Shown here piece after piece: positions 56,164 to 64,000 of a stretch of 64,000 nt of DNA; the first letter of the stretch is position 1, and each line of letters opens with the position of its first letter. Source of the stretch: Adineta vaga (taxonomy: Eukaryota; Animalia; Rotifera); contig CP075493.1 in the NCBI GenBank assembly GCA_021613535.1, forward strand, positions 7,440,001 to 7,504,000. Reading direction: 5' to 3'. The notes under the pieces are model-generated. The model was given only the letters and a program-made list of their open reading frames with translations. It had not been told where the DNA came from and ran no database searches. The position numbers and the translations under genes are program-made.

Positions 56164-58046
56164 GTGTTAATGTTTATATGACAATGAAGAAAATGACTCG
56201 TTCATTTTTATGAGATTATTAGAGATAAATCCTTTTTTTTTCTCTATCTGTTTTCGTCAAATTTACGAGATGATAAATTATCGTTCAAATAAATTTATAT
56301 ATTCTTTCAAATGTCATCGAACGAAGAACTTGTCTTTGGCGACATTTAGTGAGAAAAGTTTGACAGGCATCGTCAAATGTCTCTCTTATCTATGATTTGA
56401 TTATTTATAAAATACAACATAATTTCTTCGATGTGATCAAGTTATTTGATTGCGTGCCATTTCTAAGATTAACAATGACATGAAGTGAATAGAATAACAC
56501 AAGACATATGTAAGATGTTAGACAGAATATATAAGAGAAAGGAGGCGAAGTTTTTTTTCCGAAGATTCATCTTCTGATTTAATTAAATCATTGAGAGAAA
56601 GAAGAAGAAGAAAAAGAAGATGTGTGCAGACCTTATATATAAATAATGAACAATACACTTCTTGATTGCAATTTCTCATGAAAAAAAAACGAAGAAGAAG
56701 GAGAGGAAAATGTTTTATCTCATCCATGGAAGATATACAGTTCGATTATGCAATAGACATAGTTCAGTTTTTTTTATCAGAGTTGTAATTGAAGCTTATA
56801 TAATTTTCTTGTGACAAATAGAAATCGATTTGTTCAATCTTTTAAGTAAATTTTCTACATTGATTAATTCAAATTTGTATAAAATTCTCTGTTATATCAA
56901 TACTTTTGTTTGTCACCTCTGATTTGTTAAGTTTAATTTTTCTCTTCGCAGAAAAATGTCACAAGTACGAAAAAATTTCTTGCTTTTTCTTCTCTCGTGT
57001 ATATCACTTTCATCATACAGGTATTGAACTATGCGCCACTTAACTGATTACGTAAGAAGAAAAAATAATATAAACAACACGCGTCTATATATATATATAT
57101 ATATGAATGTATATCGAAGACAATACAATCGTCGTTCTCGTTTTATTCATACTAAAGTATATTTCTTAGGTGGTTCAAGGCTGGGAGAAAGAAAAAATTC
57201 TTACAGGTTTGTAAAAAAAAAAGAAGAAGAAGAAATTCTCTGTTTTATGTTGTTTTTTCATAGTTCATAATTGTGAACGTCATCGAAGATCCATTGTTCT
57301 CCTCTTCGTTTTCTTCTCCACTTAGTATCAAGAGACAAAATGGATTGTTGAGTTTTTCAATTTCCTACTAAAGCAATCTTCGAGTAGAAAAATGACGATG
57401 ACGATTCGATAGTACAAAAAAAAAGAAGAAATCAATCGATGTTTGATGATCGAGTCTAGTGACATTGACGAATGCGCACAAAAAGGAAGAAGAAGCAGAA
57501 GACTAGTCGTTTTTCTTATTTTATCGAATGGTCTCTCCTTTTGACATTTAGATATTTATTAATCATATCAGAACATCGATTATAATATCTTTATCATTTA
57601 TTTCATCAAAACGATAGGAGACTTAATAGAGCAAGTAACTTGACTTTTTTTCCGATTAATAATAACAAAATATTAATTTTCCTACTAATGTGATTGAATC
57701 GATTAACGTCCAGACGTCAATCTGTTTTCTCTCGAAAACTTTCTTTTCTTCTTCAAAATCGATCATTTTTCAATCCAACTGGGTAGATTATTCTTTAGAC
57801 CTTACAGCGTTTTGTTACATATATATATATATACGTGATAATAACACACACAGAGAGAGAATGTAACAGATGAAAAAATCTGTTGGACATCTTTAATAGA
57901 ATGTGTAAAGAAAAAAAATCGATTAACTAAAGTAATCATGTAAAACATTGATATAAACAGAAAACAATCTTATATTTTTGTTTGCTATTCTTTCTATTTA
58001 CTTGTAGATCGATGCAAAATAAGACTTTATTCATCTGTTCTCATCG

Positions 58047-60233
58047 ATGGACGATTCATCGATGTTCCTAGAAAGTCTTTTCATTTTTTTCTTATTTTTT
58101 TCTTCTATACATTCAAATGAACTTCGTATCAATACAACATCAGGTCTGTTCGAAGGTAAAGAAGTCATTATCAATAATGTTCCTGTACGACAATTTTTTG
58201 GTATTCCATATGGTGAAAAACCAGCTCGTTTTGAATTACCAATCTTACGAAAATATAAATCGAATATAACATATGCAACAAAACGAACACCAGGTTGTTT
58301 ACAAGCACAAGGTGGACTTTCCTATGGTCCATTTGAATTAACAGATATGTTTGAAGAAGATTGTTTAACATTGAATATGTTCACACCAAGAATCAAATCA
58401 TCAACACCACGAGCAATTATGGTATTTTGTCATGGTGGCTCGAATCAAGTCGGTTCAGCTTCTTTATTTGATGGAAGTGCTGTTTCTGCAATTGGTGATG
58501 TGATTGTAATATCAATAAATTATCGATTGAATATCTTAGGATTTCTTACTCCAGGTCCAGATACAATGTCAGGAAATTATGGTTTACACGATCAAATTTT
58601 AGCTTTAAAATGGATATCAATTAACGCGAAATCATTTAATGGTGATCCAAAACGTATTACTTATATTGGACATTCAGCTGGTGCAGCAAATGCTGTTCTA
58701 CTAGCAATGTCTCCACGTTCTAATGGTTTAATTGCTCGAGTTATTGCTCAAAGTGGTTGTCCATTAAATCAATGGTGAAAAAAAGAAACAATTGAAATTT
58801 ATTCTTGAGCTTTGTTTCTCTCTTTAGGGCTATTGATAGACAACCATCAATTCGATTTGATAATGTTATTAAACGTAATGGAATGATAGCAAAGAAAAAA
58901 TATATGCAAGAAAATATAAAACAATTGAAAAATATCTCGACAAATGAGTTTCGTTATATGTATCATTCAGGTTTAGAAATATCACCAGATTATCCGTAAG
59001 AAAAGATTCGTTTTCATTTTTAAATTCTTTCTTTTGATATATTTTAGATTTCCCACTATTGACAATGATATTCTTCCAAGTGATTTAGAAGGATTGATTC
59101 GTAAAGGACCACTTCGAAATGTTGATATATTAATTGGTGTCACAGCTGATGAAGCATTATATTTTGCTGAGGAACATATATTTAATCATTATTTACCAAG
59201 AAAATATCGTACAAGTTCATCATTAACAACTACTCAACGACCATCGACAATGAAAACTAATGGATTCATGTCAACATCGAATCCAATTCATAAAAAAACG
59301 GAAACCGAACCACCACAAGGATTTTCCTATTTTCGAAAGAATAAATATATTAAAAATTATTTAAAAACAAATTATCCCGATCATCTTTGTTTCTATGAAA
59401 ATATTCAAGCAAGATATATGCCACATATTGATGATCAACATAATCTCACAGAAACAGCACGTCTATATACAAATCTAGTCAGGTATGAAAAGAATAGAAA
59501 CGAAAAGAATATCATAATTTTCTTTTAAATTTTTCTTTAGTGATTTGATGTTTTATTATGATCTCGTTCGTTTTCTTCATGAACGTTTAGAATCGAAATC
59601 ATCGGCATCAACTTATGTTTATTATCATAACAATCCACCCGTATTTGATCTCGATCAAATTCTTCGTCGTATTCCACATATGATTGGACATTTTGCTGAA
59701 CTTGATCTGACATGGGGTGTACCATTTTTTAATCGAAAAAATCGAACCAATATAGCGTATCATTTGAATATTTCCTACAAACCAGAAGAAGTTGATTTGA
59801 GTTTTCAAATGATTCGTTATTGGACAAATTTTGCTAAAACTGGTAAATATAAAAAAGATAATTTGATTTCATTGAAAATTTTCATTCTTTAGGAAATCCT
59901 AATGAACCGGAATATGTTTTTGTTTATTGGCCAATGTATGAAAGAATGAAGAAATCATTCATTAGTTTTAATGCAAATAATACTCATATTGAAGAGAATT
60001 TTCTTGAAGAACGTTTTCAATTTTGGAATACAGTTTTACATAGTCATATGTGTGCACCATTTCGTTGGTATCATAAATGTTTATTGATTGGTATTCTCAT
60101 TATTGTTCTTAGTCTGTTATCAATTTATATTTTTTATAATGCTAAACGATCACGTCGAAATATCAAACCAACTGAAGTAACAAATACAGACACTGTGACT
60201 ACTTATCGTTTTACATCAGATGTTGTCTCTTAA
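58047..60233 (+). CDS. Type-B carboxylesterase/cholinesterase-fold protein with signal peptide and C-terminal TM helix; catalytic triad appears intact
   Basis: FFGIPYG, EDCLTLN, HGGS, NYRLNILGFL, GNYGLHDQ, GHSAG (Ser), GVTADEA (Glu), GHFAEL (His), YWTNFAKTGNPN, TM LLIGILIIVLSLLSIYIFY. Confidence 0.9.
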
Positions 60234-61010
60234 TTTTGTGTGTGTGTGTGTTGATGTATTTGTAGTTCAGACCTTTGCTATCTTTCTCTTTTCTCTTGAT
60301 TTTATTATCTATTAAACAAAATGAAATCTTAGTGGACATCATTTATACATTAACGTATCATCTATAAGATAATCTTTTTCTTTTGTTTTCTTTTTCTTCT
60401 TCTAATAACCTTCTAATATATCATTACTACGTAAGAATTGATCTATTACTCAGTATCAAGAGAAGTCAATCAATCAGATTGTTTTATTGATCATCTGTTG
60501 AAAAGGCGAAAATATTGACAAAGATTATATAAAAACTGTACTTGAAAATTAGTCATATGCTTTTATAACATTTAGTAAATAGGTTGATGATCGATTTCTT
60601 TTATTAAAATGGAATTTTATAAAAGAAATCTATTTAAGTATTAATCGATTGATATTTATGTTTACATGTTTTATCTAATCAAAATCATTTTCTTTTTTGA
60701 ATAATAAAAAAAACGCACGTTATTTGTCTGTTTTGTTTATATAAGATAAGAAAACGGAAAGCCTTCTGATTATATCACAGGTCAATAATATATTAAACAA
60801 GAAAGAAAAATATTCATGTTCGTCCTTGATGAGAATGATGGTCCTTCAAAATCAATAGACACATACACACACACAACATGTCGATGACCTTTTTCTTCTT
60901 CTATATTATTAACTATATATCTTTCAATCTTATTTAATCCACTAAGTCTTGATTTGATGTATAGTATTTCATACATAATCATTATATAAAAAGAATAAAA
61001 ACGAATAATA

Positions 61011-62327
61011 ATGAGAAGAATGTTTTTCGTTTACATCATTTTTGTTTTTATTCAAACAATTCATGGAGAAGAATTGTTATGTGATACAAATGATTCATGG
61101 TCATGGACACCGTGGTTTAATTCACATACACCAAATTCGAAAGGTGAATATGAATTACATGCAACTATACGTAGTCAACATCCTACTCTCGTTTGTGCAC
61201 ATCCACGAGCAATTTCAGTACTTAATCAAGATGGTGTCAATATGGATCAAACACATGATAAGATGGTTTTACGTTCTTATGATATATATTGTTTAAATAA
61301 TTATATGTCTGAATATCAGAAGAAAAAATGTGATGATTATAGTGTACGCTATTGCTGTCCAAAAGTACTGAATACAACAACAGAAGAATTACGAGATATA
61401 TTTATCGCTAGTAATGAAGCAAAAAGTACACAATTAAAATGTGGTCGAACATTACGTACAGGTGCTGGACTTATCAGTTTATTCGGTAATCTAGCATCAA
61501 AAATTGTTAATGGTGTTGAAGCACGTCCGAAAAGTTGGCCGTGGCTTGTTTCAATTGGTGTTCGATATCGTGGTTTAAATGGTGTTTGGCAAAATCGTAC
61601 GCATATTTGTGGTGGAACATTAATTGATTTATCACATGTTCTTACAGCTGGTCATTGTCTTGAACAAAAGATTGATGATCGTTTTGTACCATTAACACCA
61701 ACAAATCCAACATTAGAATCATTTTTTTTCTTACGAATTGGTGTTCACGATATTCGTTTAACACGATCACAAGATATTTATCGTGCACGACGAATATTTA
61801 CTCATGAAAAATTTATTTCCAGTACATTTGAAAATGATATTGCGATGATTCGATTAGATCGACCAGTCTCAATTTCAGATAATATTACACCAATTTGTTT
61901 ACCATCAGCAAATGTTCCATTAGGAAAATTAGTTACTGTTGCTGGCTGGGGTACAGTTAGTGAAACATCACGTGTACATTCGAATGTTCTTCGACAAGCA
62001 AATGTTAATGTTTTACCATCAATTAACTGTCGAGTTTATATGGATATTCATTATGATGGAACGAAACAAGTTTGTGCTGCAGCTTTAGATTGGTCAAAAG
62101 ATACTTGGTAAGATCAAGAATTTATTTGTAATTTAAAAAACATCGAAAATTGTTTTTTTAGTGCCGGTGATAGTGGTGGTCCTTTAATGTATCAAGAAAA
62201 TGGTGGCTGGTCAATTGGTGGTATCACATCTTATGGTTATGGTTGTTCAAAACGTGGTTTTCCTGGTGTTTATACTCGTGCGTCATCATATTCGACATGG
62301 ATTAAAGAAAGAATGTTAAGCAATTAG
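61011..62327 (+). CDS. Secreted trypsin-like (S1A) serine protease with an N-terminal WxxW (mucin-2/CILP type) domain
   Basis: Signal peptide; [14 protein letters not shown]...C...[11 protein letters not shown]; activation site K-IVNG; TAGHC, NDIAM, spliced DTC|AGDSGGP (Asp at S1), PGVYTR; stop TAG 62325-62327. Confidence 0.92.
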
Positions 62328-62728
62328 TCTGTCTTCTGGATATTTTTTTCTTTTTCCTCTACAAATAAATGACTATAAGAAAATTTCTTTATCACAACTA
62401 AATGAAAACATGAAGCGTATTCTTTTCTTTATTTATGATATTCATCATACATATGTATTACAATAGTTGTTCTAATAGATAAGATTTCTACGCAACGGTA
62501 AATAGAAACTGTGAATATTTCTCGTAGTAAAGAAGAAGAAGAAGAAGAAATACTGTTGAAATAACCTTGCTTCTTTTGTGTATGCGTTCTTCATCGTACG
62601 CTTCAATTTAATCATATAACTGACTCATTTCTAATAATATACAAAAGAAAAAAAAGAAGAAAATACATTATATTATTTTAAAGTTCTTTCGAACTGATAA
62701 TAATAATAATAATAATAATCACAATAGC

Positions 62729-64000
62729 ATGTTGAGAATTATTAATCAAATCCAGTCAAATTTTCAATATGTCCCATTGAAACAAGTAAATATTGATGCA
62801 ACGATTAGTTCATTTGCTGCTGATGTAACAATCACACAAATTTTTCGTAATGATACAATATTGCCTATTGAAGCTATCTATTGTTTTCCAATTGAAGAAC
62901 AAGCCGCTATTTATAATTTTACAGCTCGAATTGATCATCGAGAAATCATTGCACAATTAAAGGAAAAAGAAAATATTTATAGTGAATCTATTGATCATTC
63001 GTGTTCAAATAATCTTGGAACTTATTTCTTAGAACAAGACGAAAAATCTCAAGATAATTTTATTATCAATGTTGGTGCATTACCTCCATCCAAAGAATGC
63101 ACAATTATCATTTCTTATGTGACTGAATTAGATCTTATACAAGAATCAATTATTCGTTTTGTCATTCCGGCAACAATTGCTCCTCGCTATAGTCCACAAC
63201 GGAAAGGATTAGCTGAATCATTGAGAACAAAATCGAAATATGTTCAATCGAATCCATATGAAATTCATTTTCATTGTCGTATTGAGAAATTGAAAGGATC
63301 AAAACAAGAACCGTATATTGCTCGATTAACTTCCCCATCTCATCATGTTGATATTGATTTATCTCATCAAGATATATATTTAGTAACATTTGATCAAAAC
63401 AAGACTTATCTAGATCGTGATATTTTAATTGATATAAAATTATCAGATAAACGAGCAAATACATTTGTTATTTTCGAATCAAATGCTGCTATGGCTGCAG
63501 TGACACCATTTGAAGAAGATTGTTATTTAAATTTAGATCATAATCAAACAAACGAATTCATCTTTATTCTTGATTGTAGTAGTTCAATGAGAAATGAAAA
63601 TAAAATTGGATTAGCACGAGAAGCAATGTTATTCTTCTTAAGAAATTTACCACAAAATTGCTATTTTAATATTATTAAATTTGGAACCAGATATACTTGT
63701 TTATTCAATGAATCCATTGTTTTCTACAATAATGTTAATGTACACATTGCTGAGAAATTTATTAGCCAAATACGAGCAGATCTAGGTGGAACAGAAATCG
63801 TAAGTATCTAACCGTATTGATATGAAATTTTGTTATGTTTCTACCATTATCTTTAGCTTGCACCGTTACAATGGCTTGAGCGTCATCCTTCCACAAACTG
63901 ATCATGTTCGTCAAGTATTCCTGTTAACTGATGGTCAAATTTCAAATGTTTCCGAAGTGTTAGAATTATGTCGTTCGATGGTTTCATCAACACGAATATT
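62729..64000 (+). CDS. VIT + vWA domain protein (VWA5A/BCSC-1-like), 5' part; apparent frameshift at about 63890
   Basis: VIT (VPLKQVNI...ADVTITQIFRN...IEAIYCFP), vWA MIDAS FILDCSSSM, FNIIKFG, ADLGGTEI, then VFLLTDGQI in a shifted frame. Confidence 0.85.

Noticed and set aside
58047-60233. Neuroligin or acetylcholinesterase gene symbol
   Set aside because: The catalytic Ser is present (unlike neuroligins) and AChE signatures such as FGESAG and WIYGG are absent.

Overview
AT-rich, gene-dense eukaryotic (metazoan) DNA with many 50-70 nt GT-AG introns. The compact style, a solitary Hox gene and an apparently foreign gene suggest a bdelloid rotifer; this is inference only. About 19 genes can be read in order: NUP210 (3' part), carboxypeptidase D, GTP cyclohydrolase I, a neuronal calcium sensor, a TWiK/K2P potassium channel, an LMO7/Smash-like PDZ-LIM gene, NSUN5 with a Gbx homeobox gene nested antisense in its one large intron, LSM14, SOAT/ACAT, lin-41/TRIM71, a secreted EGF-repeat protein, labial/Hox1, Nuclear factor I, an intronless DUF5765-like gene (candidate horizontal transfer), an orphan membrane protein, a membrane-anchored carboxylesterase, a WxxW-trypsin and a VIT-vWA gene (5' part). 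Highlights: (1) a 17-nt microexon that would switch the LMO7-like C-terminal PDZ-binding motif from -SAV to -SDV by reading the same last exon in two frames; (2) five candidate phase-0 alternative first exons on the K2P channel; (3) lin-4/miR-125 bulged-C type sites but no let-7 seed in the lin-41 3'UTR, with NR5A-type sites nearby; (4) the DUF5765-like gene; (5) nested Gbx about 17 kb from a lone Hox1. All gene models were spliced by hand and no database search was run.
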